A DNA stretch of 64,000 nucleotides, from the NCBI GenBank assembly GCA_016743945.1, contig JADGFI010000013.1, forward strand, positions 31,739 to 95,738, given 5' to 3'. This stretch comes from Desulfobacteraceae bacterium. GTDB taxonomy: Bacteria > Desulfobacterota > Desulfobacteria > Desulfobacterales > Desulfobacteraceae. Under the pieces are notes generated by a model. That model had not been told where the DNA came from, did not search any database, and saw only the letters and a list, made by a program, of their open reading frames with translations. The translations under genes and the position numbers were made by a program. Below, piece after piece: positions 48,439 to 58,575 of the stretch (its first letter is position 1; every line of letters begins with the position of its first letter).

Positions 48439-49383
48439 ATGAAACCTGATTTAAAACAGCAGACCCTGCCCGAATGCCTCTGGATGCAGGCAGGGGTTGT
48501 CCACAAAAAATACTGCTACAAAGATTTTTTTTGTATTGGCTGTCAATTTGACAGGTCCATGACCCGGGTCTGCCTTGCCAATGAAACCATGAAAGAAAAA
48601 AAAATACCCGTGACAGGGAAAGGGGCCAATTTTATTGCCTGGCAGGACAGGCTGAGGGTAATGCCCGTTGGCAAACGGCCCTGTATCCATCACATGAAAG
48701 GGCATATTGGATTTAGAACCTGTCCTAAATCCTATCATTGCGTTGATTGTGAGTTTGACCAGTATTTCCATGACCAGTTCAAGGTCCATGCCCTATTAAA
48801 GCCGGTTGGGTTTGAGGATATCAGCGGTATTTCCCTGCCAAACGGATATTATCTTCATCCAGGTCATGTCTGGGTTAAAATAGAAGACCAAGGGATGGTA
48901 CGCCTGGGGATTGATGATTTTGCCTGCCGGCTTTTGGGAAAATTTGACAGGATTTACGGGCCTTTGCTGGGCAAAAAACTGGAACAGGGCCGGTCCATTG
49001 CAACCCTCTACCGCCAAAAAAACAGGGTGTCTTTTGTATCCCCTGTCACCGGAATCATCACCGAGGTAAACCCCCGGGTGCGAAGAGAGCCAAACCGGAT
49101 AAACCAGGCACCCTATACGGACGGCTGGTTATTTATGGCCTATTGTCCCGGGTTGAAGCAGGATCTTAAACAATTGTTATTCATGGATACCAGTAAAGAT
49201 TTCATGGGCAGTCAAGTAAAACAGCTGTATGCCTTTCTTGAGGAAAAAACCCAGGTCCGGGCAGCCGACGGCGGCAGCCTGGTGTCCGATCTTTTCGGGA
49301 ATCTTCCCGGGGATCTTCCCGGGGATCTTCCCGGGATTTCCTGGGAAGCGCTGACAAAAAAATTTATCACCCAAGAACCTTAA
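48439..49383 (+). CDS. Protein with two C-x12-C-x5-C-x2-C modules plus a GcvH-like C-terminal domain (paralog 2)
   Basis: CLWMQAGVVHKKYCYKDFFCIGCQFD and CIHHMKGHIGFRTCPKSYHCVDCEFD, followed by GYYLHPGHVWVKIEDQGMVRLGIDDFA...SPVTGIITEVN...PYTDGWLF. ATG 48439 is preferred over GTG 48430. Confidence 0.7.
   Translation: MKPDLKQQTLPECLWMQAGVVHKKYCYKDFFCIGCQFDRSMTRVCLANETMKEKKIPVTGKGANFIAWQDRLRVMPVGKRPCIHHMKGHIGFRTCPKSYHCVDCEFDQYFHDQFKVHALLKPVGFEDISGISLPNGYYLHPGHVWVKIEDQGMVRLGIDDFACRLLGKFDRIYGPLLGKKLEQGRSIATLYRQKNRVSFVSPVTGIITEVNPRVRREPNRINQAPYTDGWLFMAYCPGLKQDLKQLLFMDTSKDFMGSQVKQLYAFLEEKTQVRAADGGSLVSDLFGNLPGDLPGDLPGISWEALTKKFITQEP
49300..49337. repeat. 12-bp tandem repeat x3 (CTTCCCGGGGAT) encoding LPGDLPGDLPG near the C-terminus of paralog 2
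   Basis: Read directly from the sequence. Confidence 0.8.
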
Positions 49384-49909
49384 TACTGTCGGAAAGGAAA
49401 ATCTTGCAATACCGGCAGAACTTTTCTGATTTCTGGTCAACCTCTTCAATTTTCCGGCAGTAATGCATGATACAGGTTTTATCCGGACAATGCCGCAGGT
49501 CAAAGGTATGCCCCAGTTCATGGGCGGATTCCTTGATGATCCGGGAACGGTTTTTTTCCCGGGAATCAATTTGGGTGTATTCAATGAGTCTTGATATGGA
49601 AATAATACTTGGCAGCCCCCCTAACCTTGCTTCACCATAGACATGGGTTAAAATGGGAATGAACAGGTCCTCCCGGGTGACGGCCAGAAGTTTTATACAC
49701 GCCTTTGGGGCACGGCTTTCAAGGGCGTCCAGGATTTTTGTGGAATAATACTGATTTCTTTGAGGGTCATGGGCAAAGAAAATATCATTGAGTAACGGCA
49801 TTATCCGTGTGGGGAGTTTAAATATTACCCTGATTTCTCGGGCAATGGTCTCTAAGATCCATGGAGAAATCTTTCCAATGGGTGAAATGATGATATCTGT
49901 TTTTTTCAT
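49367..49909 (-). CDS. amzA: Archaemetzincin-family zinc metalloprotease (peptidase M54)
   Basis: HELGHTFDLRHCPDKTCIM...CRYC follows the archaemetzincin HExxHxxxxxxCx4CxM...CxxC pattern. The 3' end overlaps the convergent paralog 2 by 17 nt. Confidence 0.8.
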   Translation of the reverse strand: MKKTDIIISPIGKISPWILETIAREIRVIFKLPTRIMPLLNDIFFAHDPQRNQYYSTKILDALESRAPKACIKLLAVTREDLFIPILTHVYGEARLGGLPSIISISRLIEYTQIDSREKNRSRIIKESAHELGHTFDLRHCPDKTCIMHYCRKIEEVDQKSEKFCRYCKIFLSDSIKVLG

Positions 49910-49925
49910 GGCGTTTATGCCGGGA

Positions 49926-51278
49926 TTATCTGGTTTTATCGGTTTTCAACTCGTACCGCTTGATTTTATTGTAAAGGGTGGATCTGTCAATGCCAAGGAT
50001 GACGGAACTTTTGGATATATTCCACTGGGTCTGGTTCAAGATTTTTAAAATGTGCTGTTTTTCCAGATCGCCCAGGGAAAAATACCTGGCTTTAAGCTCA
50101 TCTTCAAGAGACGGGCCAATGGGCAGATCATAGGGAATTATGGTGCTGGTCTTGCAAACCACCACTGCCCGTTCAATGGCATTGGACAGTTCCCGGACAT
50201 TTCCCGGCCACTCATACAGCATGAGTTCGTCCATGGCATCGCGGCTGATCCGTTCCACGCCTCTGTTTACCTCCTGGGTGAATTGGGTTAAAAAATGTTC
50301 TGCCAGCAGCGGGATATCTTCTTTGCGTTCCCTTAACGGCGGCATGGTAAAAGCAATAACATTTAAACGGTAAAACAGATCTTTTCTGAATATCCTGTCC
50401 TGTATGGCCTGTTCAAGGTCGGCATTGGTTGCGGCAATTACCCTGAAATTGGCTGCAATGGGCTGGGTTCCGCCGACTTTATAAAATATTTTATCCTCCA
50501 GCACCTGGAGCAGGTCAATCTGCATGCGCATGCTGATTTCACCGATTTCATCCAAAAAAAGCGTTCCCCCGACAGCCAGTTCCAGGCGGCCTTTCCTTGT
50601 TTCACTGGCATCGGTAAATGCGCCTTTTCGATGGCCGAACAACTCGCTTTCCATGATGTGTTTGGGAATGGCGCCGCAATTTACACTGACAAAGGGGCCA
50701 TCCTTGACCCGGCTGTTGGAATGAATGGCCTTGGCCACCAGCCCTTTGCCGGAACCGGTTTCACCGGTAATCAGCACGGAGGAATCTGTGTCCCGGATAT
50801 CTTCAATGAGCCGGAAAATTTTCTGCATTGGCTCAGACTGGCCGATGATACTCTCAAACCGGGTCTGATTTTTGTATTCCTCTTTTAAAAAAACATTCTC
50901 TTTTTCCCTTGCCCGATGGTTTACAAGTTTCTGGATTATCACCTCCAGTTCATCCGGGTCAAAGGGCTTTAAAATATAATCAAAAGCATGGGATTTCATG
51001 GCCTGAACGGCTGACGGAATCGAACCAAATGCTGTAATCATAATCGCATCAATATCCGGATACGCTTCCTTAACCTGGGTGAGCACCTCCATGCCGGTGA
51101 TACCGTCCAGCTGAATGTCCAGAAGCAGGATATCAAAGCTTTGGGTTTTTAATAAATCAAGGGCTTCTTCCCCGCTTGCCACGGTATCAACATGGTAACC
51201 ATCCCTTTTAAGCCAGCCAGACAGTGATTCGCGAATCACCAGTTCATCATCCACCACTAAAATTCTGGTCTGTTCCAT
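49926..51278 (-). CDS. Sigma-54-dependent response regulator (NtrC family: receiver plus AAA+ plus Fis HTH)
   Basis: RILVVDDE...D (receiver), GETGSGKG, GAFTDA loop, LDEIGE, and a C-terminal HTH (ISKSSVILGIDRSTLYNKIKRY). GGAG lies 8 nt upstream of ATG 51278. Confidence 0.9.
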   Translation of the reverse strand: MEQTRILVVDDELVIRESLSGWLKRDGYHVDTVASGEEALDLLKTQSFDILLLDIQLDGITGMEVLTQVKEAYPDIDAIMITAFGSIPSAVQAMKSHAFDYILKPFDPDELEVIIQKLVNHRAREKENVFLKEEYKNQTRFESIIGQSEPMQKIFRLIEDIRDTDSSVLITGETGSGKGLVAKAIHSNSRVKDGPFVSVNCGAIPKHIMESELFGHRKGAFTDASETRKGRLELAVGGTLFLDEIGEISMRMQIDLLQVLEDKIFYKVGGTQPIAANFRVIAATNADLEQAIQDRIFRKDLFYRLNVIAFTMPPLRERKEDIPLLAEHFLTQFTQEVNRGVERISRDAMDELMLYEWPGNVRELSNAIERAVVVCKTSTIIPYDLPIGPSLEDELKARYFSLGDLEKQHILKILNQTQWNISKSSVILGIDRSTLYNKIKRYELKTDKTR

Positions 51279-51586
51279 TATAGTCTCCTTCATAAAATCT
51301 CGTACTATATGTCAGGACCCTGCCCTGCCAGCCGGTGTTTCTATTGTCATTAGGTATACGGCCAAAGATTTCATGGTGTGACGCCTCCTGGAAGACGATC
51401 TGTTCCGGCCGGCGCTTGCCACATTGTTTTTTAAGGTTTTATTCTGTGTTTAAGGATGAAAATCATTCCCATATAGTGCTCAAAGTATAGTCAATTATTT
51501 GGCTAAATAAAAGTAATTATTAAAAATAATTGCATTTTTTAAAAAAAACGACACCCGGGACAAAACTATAAATCAGGCCAGGTATT

Positions 51587-52795
51587 TCAAGGCAGATGGC
51601 CGTCGAGCACGATCTGTGCCAACAGGGCCATACCTCTTTCCAGGGCCTGGTCGTCAAAATTAAAACTACCATTGTGCAAGGGCACTGGCTCCTGGCCTTC
51701 CGGTGTCACACCGACCCTGATAAAAGCACCCTCAGATACTTTTTGCAGGTAAAGGGAAAAATCCTCTGCTCCCATGCAGGATTGGGACAACACTGTCAAA
51801 TCTTCCAAAGGCATAATCTGCCTGGCTGCCGCCCGAACTGCAGCCACACCCGAAGCTGAGTTGCACAGGGCCGGAACCAAATCCTCAAAGGCCAGGCTGT
51901 ATCCGCATCTGTCCGTTTGGGCACTGCCTTTAACAATTCTTTTGATGGCTGCCTTTAAGCTGGTTTCAACCGTCTCGTTCAAACAACGAATAGTACCGGT
52001 GAGTATGACCTCATCGGGCATAACGTTAAAAGCCTGTCCCCCGTTGATGGTGCAGACCGACAAGACTGCGCTGTCCAGGGCATTCACTTCCCGGCCGACC
52101 ACGCAGTTAAGACGCTGAACAATTTCACAGGCAGTCAAAAGCCCATCCGGGGCCTGATGGGGATAGGCACCATGGTTCCCGGAAGTGGTAATTTTGATCT
52201 CGAACCGCCCGGCACAAGCCATATAATTTCCAGGGTAAACACCTATCTGACCAGTGGATATCCATGGCCACCCATGACAGGCAAAGATACGATCTACCCT
52301 GGGATTGTCCAGCACCCCTTGGTCAATCATGCATTGCGCTCCCCGAAGTGTTTCTTCTCCCGGCTGGAATATCAGCTTGACCGTACCGCCATAGCTTTCC
52401 TTCAAACGGGAAAGAATAATGCCGGCACCGACCACCATGGCGGTGTTGCCGTCGTGACCACAGGCGTGCATAACATCAGGATAATTAGAACTATATTCAA
52501 GTCCGGTTTTTTCCTTTAGGGGCAGCGCATCCATGTCTGCCCTGAGAGCTGTTACCGGATGGGAATCAAGCGCGGCCCGGCCCTCTATAACACCCAGAAC
52601 ACCGGGCTGTGTTCCAAGGGGGACGATATTGATTCCTGACTGGGCCAACAACGACTCAATTGCCCGGGAAGTTCGTTTTTCCTTAAAACCCAACTCCGGG
52701 TGGCGGTGCAAATCACGCCGAAAAGAGGTCATGGGTCCGGCAAGTTCCCGGGCTAATTCATTAACCCGCAAAGAAATATCTTTTTTTTCAGGCAA
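51587..52795 (-). CDS. M20D-family amidohydrolase (N-acyl-amino acid / hippurate hydrolase-like)
   Basis: HRHPELGFKE, RADMDALP, MHACGHDGN and FQPGEE. Confidence 0.85.
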   Translation of the reverse strand: MPEKKDISLRVNELARELAGPMTSFRRDLHRHPELGFKEKRTSRAIESLLAQSGINIVPLGTQPGVLGVIEGRAALDSHPVTALRADMDALPLKEKTGLEYSSNYPDVMHACGHDGNTAMVVGAGIILSRLKESYGGTVKLIFQPGEETLRGAQCMIDQGVLDNPRVDRIFACHGWPWISTGQIGVYPGNYMACAGRFEIKITTSGNHGAYPHQAPDGLLTACEIVQRLNCVVGREVNALDSAVLSVCTINGGQAFNVMPDEVILTGTIRCLNETVETSLKAAIKRIVKGSAQTDRCGYSLAFEDLVPALCNSASGVAAVRAAARQIMPLEDLTVLSQSCMGAEDFSLYLQKVSEGAFIRVGVTPEGQEPVPLHNGSFNFDDQALERGMALLAQIVLDGHLP

Positions 52796-54266
52796 TTTGT
52801 TTTTTCCTTTTCATTTTTATCAGGATAATCACCGCCAGAATTGCCATTCCAAGAAAAAACGCAGAGATTGGCCGGGTAACGAAAATACTCAAGCTGCCAT
52901 CGGACAAGGTCAAACTTTGACGAATGGCCCTCTCTCCAATGGGTTCAAGAATAAAGGCAATGAGCAAAGGAGCCAGGGCAAATCCGAATTTTCGCATGAA
53001 ATAGGCCACAACACCAAATATCAGCATGAGCCAGAGATCTGTGAAACTTGAGTTAAAACCATAGACGCCAACCGTACACAGGACTGTAGTGACCGGATAG
53101 ACAATGGAGCTTGGTACCTTGGCTATGAGCGAAAAAAACCGTATGGACACCCGTCCCACCACAGGCAAAAAGAAAATTGCCACCAACAATGCAGCAAAAA
53201 TACTGTAAACCATGGAGATATTTTCTTTGAACAAAGCCGGACCCGGCGTGAGGCCATGTATGAGAAATGCCCCCAGCAACACTGCTGTGGTGACATCACC
53301 GGGAATACCCAGTGCCATCAAAGGAATTAAAGCCCCCCCGCAGGTGGCATTATTGCCGGATTCTGCCGCAGCCACACCTTCTATGGCGCCATGCCCGAAT
53401 TTTTCAGGATGTTTGGAAACCCGTTTGGTTTCAGCATAGGTCAAAAAAGTTGCCGGAGTTGCGCCCAGGCCCGGAATAGCACCGATGAACAATCCTATTA
53501 TACTGCCCCGCAAAATTGTGGGCAGACAGCGCTTGATATCTGCCCAGGAGGCTCTATCCTTACCAGTTGGAATTGACTTAAGCATGTCTTTTCCCTTGGC
53601 TTCCGATTGCATCAGAACCTCGGAAACAGCGAACAGTCCTATCATGAGGACCATCATGTTAATGCCGTTGAACAGGGTCGGCATACCAAAGGTAAACCGC
53701 GGGGTAGACATCATGGGGTCCAGGCCGACAGTGCCGAGCAAAAAGCCCACCACAGCCGCCATAACACCTTTGAGGACTGAATCGCCAGAGACCCCGGCCA
53801 CGATGGCCAGGGAAAAAACGATCAGGCAGGCATATTCAGGAGGACCAAATTTCAAGGAGATCCTGGCCAGGAAAACAGCCAGAAAGATCAAACAAATTGT
53901 GGAAAACGCATCGGCCAGCACAGAAGAACATAAAGCAACATCCATGGCCCTACCGGCCTGCCCTTTTTGAGCCAGGGGGAATCCGTCAAAAACTGTAACC
54001 GCCGCAGCAGGTGAACCGGGCGTATTGATGAGGATGGCAGGGATCGCCCCTCCGAACAGGCAGCCTTTGTATGTACCCAAAAGCACACAAAAAGCCGTGA
54101 TGGGTGAAAGGCTGTATGTCAAAGGAATGATAAGCGCTATTCCCATGGTGCCGGTCAGACCCGGGACGGCGCCCATAAATACCCCGTAAACAACACCCAA
54201 AAAAATTGCGGCGATGTTGCCCATGGTCAAAACCATCTGAAAACCAATCATAAGTTCATTAAGCAT
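52788..54266 (-). CDS. tctA: Tripartite tricarboxylate transporter large permease TctA
   Basis: About 490 aa, polytopic, with GxxxGxxPGLG motifs repeated (GAVPGLTGTMG, GAIPGLGATPA). Confidence 0.9.
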   Translation of the reverse strand: MLNELMIGFQMVLTMGNIAAIFLGVVYGVFMGAVPGLTGTMGIALIIPLTYSLSPITAFCVLLGTYKGCLFGGAIPAILINTPGSPAAAVTVFDGFPLAQKGQAGRAMDVALCSSVLADAFSTICLIFLAVFLARISLKFGPPEYACLIVFSLAIVAGVSGDSVLKGVMAAVVGFLLGTVGLDPMMSTPRFTFGMPTLFNGINMMVLMIGLFAVSEVLMQSEAKGKDMLKSIPTGKDRASWADIKRCLPTILRGSIIGLFIGAIPGLGATPATFLTYAETKRVSKHPEKFGHGAIEGVAAAESGNNATCGGALIPLMALGIPGDVTTAVLLGAFLIHGLTPGPALFKENISMVYSIFAALLVAIFFLPVVGRVSIRFFSLIAKVPSSIVYPVTTVLCTVGVYGFNSSFTDLWLMLIFGVVAYFMRKFGFALAPLLIAFILEPIGERAIRQSLTLSDGSLSIFVTRPISAFFLGMAILAVIILIKMKRKKQIA

Positions 54267-54274
54267 GACGACCT

Positions 54275-54751
54275 CTATTGTAGGGGGACTTTAAGTCCAT
54301 AGGTAAACAACACAAAAACGACTCCTGTCAGGACAAGGCTGATGGCTGTGATACGAACCGGCCGGCGCTGACCGAAAGACAACATCAACAGCGCCACCAC
54401 CGGAGGGGTGGCCAATAAAAATCCAGCATGTTCGAACAGTATAAAGTAGAGGGCGACGATTGCCACACATAGAAATGGCCGGAAGCTTGGTGCGGTAGCC
54501 ATCCTGGGGATAAACAGGTCGGCAAGTCCTGCCCATTTTTCGTGGTGGTAAAGTGCCAGAAAGGATTTTACGATCAGGGAGAAACTTAAAACAGCCAATG
54601 CCACGGCTGCTATTTTTGGAAAAAAACGCGGAGAGATTTCAGCAGACCCTCCCACACTCACATAATTGGGTATCAGAAAAAAAAGAACAATGAGAGAGCA
54701 GGCGAAAAGCCCGCCCCCGCTTAAAAAATCAATTTTATATCGGTTGTACAT
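54275..54751 (-). CDS. tctB: Tripartite tricarboxylate transporter small permease TctB
   Basis: 158 aa with four TM helices, positioned between tctC and tctA. The start is taken at ATG 54751 because the long ORF would overlap tctC. Confidence 0.65.
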   Translation of the reverse strand: MYNRYKIDFLSGGGLFACSLIVLFFLIPNYVSVGGSAEISPRFFPKIAAVALAVLSFSLIVKSFLALYHHEKWAGLADLFIPRMATAPSFRPFLCVAIVALYFILFEHAGFLLATPPVVALLMLSFGQRRPVRITAISLVLTGVVFVLFTYGLKVPLQ

Positions 54752-54812
54752 GGCAAGACAATCCTTTTTTTTGCTTGGCCCCGGAACGGATACTCCGGAG
54801 CCCTTTATTTCT

Positions 54813-55778
54813 CTATCTAGCGGACAAACCAGCATCGCGAATAATCTTGCCCTGCTGTTCGTAGATCTCTTTGATGTACAGGCCGAAATCCTTTGAATCA
54901 AGGTAGGCACTCTTGATCATAATCTTGTCCATCAATTGGACAAACTTGGGATCCGTCATAACCTTTTTAACGGCTTTTTCAAGCTTTGCCACAACCTGTG
55001 CCGGTATTCCCTTGGGGCCGGCAATTCCCAGACATGAAGGCGCCACAATATCATATCCCAATTCCTTGAGGGTGGGTACGTCGGGAAATTCTTTCATTCT
55101 TTCGGCATCAAACACAGCCAGCAGACGCATTTCCCCGGCCTTGACCTGGGGCACCCATTCTGTAACCCCTGCCACAGCACTGATGTGTCCACCCATGGCC
55201 GCTGTGACTGCTTCGGCACCATTTTTAAAGGGTATTGCCTTTAAATCGATGCCTGTTTCTTTCTTTAAGCGCTCCATGACCAGATGCTGGGGGTTGCCTG
55301 AACCGGACAAACCGTAGGAGACCTTGCCCGGATTCTTTTTGGCATAGGCGATAAGATCATCCAGGGTATTAAATGGAGAATCTGCCTTAACGACCAGGGC
55401 ATAATGCCACAGCCCGTAACGGGCGATGGGCGTAAAATCGGTCAGGGGGTTAAAGGGAAGATCCTGCATATGCGGTGTGATAGCTGCCGGTGCTGTGACC
55501 AGGGTGAAAAGGTTATAACCGTCCGGCTTCTGGGTGGAGGCGATACTGGCTGCGACTGATCCGCCGCCGCCGGGTTTATTCTGGGCAATTATGGTCTGCC
55601 CCAATTCTTTTTCCAGAAGAGACGCCATCATACGCGCGCTCATGTCTGTGGTTCCGCCGGCTCCGTAAGCTATTGTCAATCTGACGGGTTTGTTTGGCCA
55701 CTCTCCAGCCATTACATTTGAGACCATCAAAACACTTATTAACACTGACAATCCCAGCGCATGAAAAATTTTGAACAT
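54813..55778 (-). CDS. tctC: Tripartite tricarboxylate transporter substrate-binding protein TctC (Bug family)
   Basis: Signal peptide, WPNKPVRLTIAYGAGGTTD, NKPGGGG and KNPGKVSYGLSGSG. Confidence 0.85.
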   Translation of the reverse strand: MFKIFHALGLSVLISVLMVSNVMAGEWPNKPVRLTIAYGAGGTTDMSARMMASLLEKELGQTIIAQNKPGGGGSVAASIASTQKPDGYNLFTLVTAPAAITPHMQDLPFNPLTDFTPIARYGLWHYALVVKADSPFNTLDDLIAYAKKNPGKVSYGLSGSGNPQHLVMERLKKETGIDLKAIPFKNGAEAVTAAMGGHISAVAGVTEWVPQVKAGEMRLLAVFDAERMKEFPDVPTLKELGYDIVAPSCLGIAGPKGIPAQVVAKLEKAVKKVMTDPKFVQLMDKIMIKSAYLDSKDFGLYIKEIYEQQGKIIRDAGLSAR

Positions 55779-55883
55779 AAATAACTCCTTAAATAATATT
55801 AATGATTTACTTTATCCCCGCGTCTTCAATGGCCGGCGTTTTTTTCGCCAGCCAAACAAATATTTTAAAAATCTGTGCTTACA

Positions 55884-56765
55884 TCAATTTTCCAGAAAAC
55901 CGAAATGTTTGTTTAAAATAAATTCGGTGCCGGCAGGATAATCTGGATCTTTACGGCGGCATTTGTCCGCCACAGTCAATGACATGGCTTCCAGGGTGGC
56001 AGTCCAGGCTGCGTTACTTTCAAAAACGGCCGGCTCTATCTGGGGCACCACAAGCTGGATATCGGCAAGATGGGACAGGGGCGCCACCTCAGAATCCGTC
56101 ATCAGGATAAGCTGGGCCCCGATATTTTTGAGCGCCTCGGCTATCTTTAAAGAATTTCGCGAATAACGCCTTCGGGAAACGATGAAAACAACATCATCTT
56201 TGCCAACATTCAATAATTCAGGGGGGAAAGCTGTGTGTGCATCGCCCAGCATGCAGACCTTTGGCCTTACATACTGAAGATTTATATACATCATAAAAAC
56301 CAATCCATATGATGTGCGGTGCCCCATGAAATACAGCGGACGCTCAGTTTCGGCCAGAATCTGTGTTATCCGGGCAAAAATGCCCATATCCATGTGGTTG
56401 TAAGCATGCTGGATAGCCTGAAGCGTATAGGGGATATGGCGAATCAGAGCGTTGTTGCCATTGGGGTCATCGTCACTGGCTCTCAGATACCGCATGATGG
56501 GGGATTCAAGACGATTCTCCATTAATTCCTGGCGCTCGGCCTGGAATTCTGCGAAATCCCGATATCCCAGGACATGAATCAAAAAACGCACAGTGGAAGC
56601 CTTGCTCACACCTGCTTTTGCACTCAGCATGATCAGGGTTTCAAAGGCCAGACTATTTTGGTTATTACGAAACAATTCAACAAGTTTGGCCTGGGTAGAA
56701 GTCAATTTTTTCAAGGCCCGGATGCGTGCAAACAGGTCTGGTTTATTTTTGGACTTTTTGTTCAA
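55884..56765 (-). CDS. MurR/RpiR-family transcriptional regulator (HTH_6 plus SIS domain)
   Basis: An N-terminal HTH (LTSTQAKLVELF...MLSAKAGVSKASTVRF) and an SIS sugar-phosphate-binding domain. Confidence 0.85.
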   Translation of the reverse strand: MNKKSKNKPDLFARIRALKKLTSTQAKLVELFRNNQNSLAFETLIMLSAKAGVSKASTVRFLIHVLGYRDFAEFQAERQELMENRLESPIMRYLRASDDDPNGNNALIRHIPYTLQAIQHAYNHMDMGIFARITQILAETERPLYFMGHRTSYGLVFMMYINLQYVRPKVCMLGDAHTAFPPELLNVGKDDVVFIVSRRRYSRNSLKIAEALKNIGAQLILMTDSEVAPLSHLADIQLVVPQIEPAVFESNAAWTATLEAMSLTVADKCRRKDPDYPAGTEFILNKHFGFLEN

Positions 56766-57040
56766 TTTCGCCCCCTTGTTTGTAACATTTGTTTCAAACT
56801 TATTTCACATAAGAAAACCGCTGTCAAGGAGAATTTTTTCCATCTACCAAATTAGCGTTTAGAAAAGAATTGGTTCCAAACACAATAATTAATTTTCGGA
56901 ATTGATCGAATTGGAAAGGGAGAAAAAACGCTTTTTTTTGTAACGGCACGATCCCAATATGCCTTCTGAAAATCAAATTTGACGCAGGGTCAGCATATTT
57001 TTATTGAATGCGGCACAGTTTTCATCCTTGGTCAATTGTT

Positions 57041-57134
57041 TTATATGAAACTCCGTCCAAGATATTGCAATTATAGGAATTTCATTTTTCGTTGTGGCCA
57101 GGAGCAAATACCATGCTCCGGTCATGCCGGTTAT
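57041..57134 (-). repeat. 94-nt intergenic element, copy 1 (candidate structured RNA / 3'-UTR element)
   Basis: 85/94 identical to 60721..60814 in direct orientation. It abuts and overlaps the stop codon of the minus-strand gene 57131..57676. Confidence 0.85.
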
Positions 57135-57676
57135 ATGGAAAATTCAATATAGTGGGTGGTCTTTGCAATTGCCTGGTCTTTGTCCATGATATCAAGGTCA
57201 ATACATATGGAATTTTGCAAACCGTATTTTTCAACGATATCATTGAAAAATCTTTTTTTTACAGTGCACACAAGTATTTTTATCTCTGAGTTGACGGCTG
57301 ACTGCAATACCTTTTCAAGCCCGCTACCTTTAAGTTCAAGCTTGCCGAGTTCGTCAAGAAAAAAAATGTCCGGGCAATTGGCAACAAGCGTATGTGCAAA
57401 CTTGTTGTCCAAAAAATTTTGGGTATCCTGATTGAAACAATACCCGTTGTTGTTTTTTTGTGGAGTTGCCCAGGGATAGGTTTCCGATTTTCCTATTCGG
57501 CAAAGTACATACCCTGAAGCGAATTGGGCAGAATTATGTACTCTTTCAGGAGCCTTTGCTATAAATCCGTCTGCCTGCCATTGGGAGGAGAAAAGCCCTG
57601 CCAGAAAATCCAGCAAACTTGTTTTCCCGCTGGTAACAGCCCCTGTAATCAAAACAATTTTTTGCATACAATTCAC
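57131..57676 (-). CDS. P-loop NTPase (DUF2478/THEP1-like)
   Basis: Walker A (ITGAVTSGKTSLL) and Walker B-like (IFFLDELGKLEL). The start is uncertain (GTG 57676 or ATG 57667). Confidence 0.6.
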   Translation of the reverse strand: MNCMQKIVLITGAVTSGKTSLLDFLAGLFSSQWQADGFIAKAPERVHNSAQFASGYVLCRIGKSETYPWATPQKNNNGYCFNQDTQNFLDNKFAHTLVANCPDIFFLDELGKLELKGSGLEKVLQSAVNSEIKILVCTVKKRFFNDIVEKYGLQNSICIDLDIMDKDQAIAKTTHYIEFSI

Positions 57677-57919
57677 CGATCATCTCTGAATTTTATTTTA
57701 AATACATGTGGATATACCTTTTTTTATCCGTAAAAACAATTCTTGACCCGAATAATTCACAGACCAAATAAGGGTCATGGTGTGTCGCCCAAAATTTAAG
57801 CAATTGTTTGAATAATTCTTTACAGGTAGAATGAATGCTGGTACGAATTCTGGTGCATTTATATCCGAAATCAGACCGGGTATGGTATTTTAAACAATTA
57901 TTTTATGAATGGGATGGTG

Positions 57920-58381
57920 ATGAAAAAAGTATTAATTGCATATTACTCACGAACAGGGACCACCAGAAAAATTGCAGATCTTCTGAAACAGTCGTTTAAT
58001 TGTGAGATCGAGGAAATTATTGATTTGAAAAACCGCAAAGGGGTTTTGGGCAACCTTTCCGGTGGTGTGGACGCCCTGCTACAGAGGCAAACCCTGATAA
58101 AACAACCGACACACGATCTTTCCGCCTATGACCTTGCCATCCTGGGCACACCGGTCTGGTTCGGCAATCTTTCGCCTGCCCTCAGAACCTATCTGGTTCA
58201 AAACAGGAAATACCTGCCCCAGCTTGCATTTTTTTGCACTTTCGCAGGCAAGGGAAATATCAACGCAAGCAAAAAATTTTTAAGGCTTACAGAAAAAAAT
58301 GCCAGGATTCTATCCGTACAAAATAACGAAAACACAGAAGAGATAAAAGAAAAACTTAACAACTTCATCCGAATCATATAA
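57920..58381 (+). CDS. Flavodoxin-family protein
   Basis: MKKVLIAYYSRTGTTRKIA and LGTPVWFG. The ATG at 57920 is preferred. Confidence 0.8.
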   Translation: MKKVLIAYYSRTGTTRKIADLLKQSFNCEIEEIIDLKNRKGVLGNLSGGVDALLQRQTLIKQPTHDLSAYDLAILGTPVWFGNLSPALRTYLVQNRKYLPQLAFFCTFAGKGNINASKKFLRLTEKNARILSVQNNENTEEIKEKLNNFIRII

Positions 58382-58575
58382 CCTGGTAATTGTCCACCCC
58401 GCAGGCCGAGCAAAGGTGTTCGGTGTTTTTATAGAAAACAGGGACGCTGTGTCCATGGTTTCATAGCGGACCTTTCCCCATGAATTCAAAGAGAAAGGCA
58501 GTAATCCCTTTACCACCTTTCTCACCTTAAGTCCTGTTCTTCATGGTGATTTAATCATTAAAACAGGATCCCACC

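Noticed and set aside
51312-51374. 20-codon minus-strand uORF (MKSLAVYLMTIETPAGRAGS) with GGAGG 9 nt upstream, ahead of the response-regulator gene
   Set aside because: It is too short to support without conservation or ribosome-profiling data, and it could be chance.
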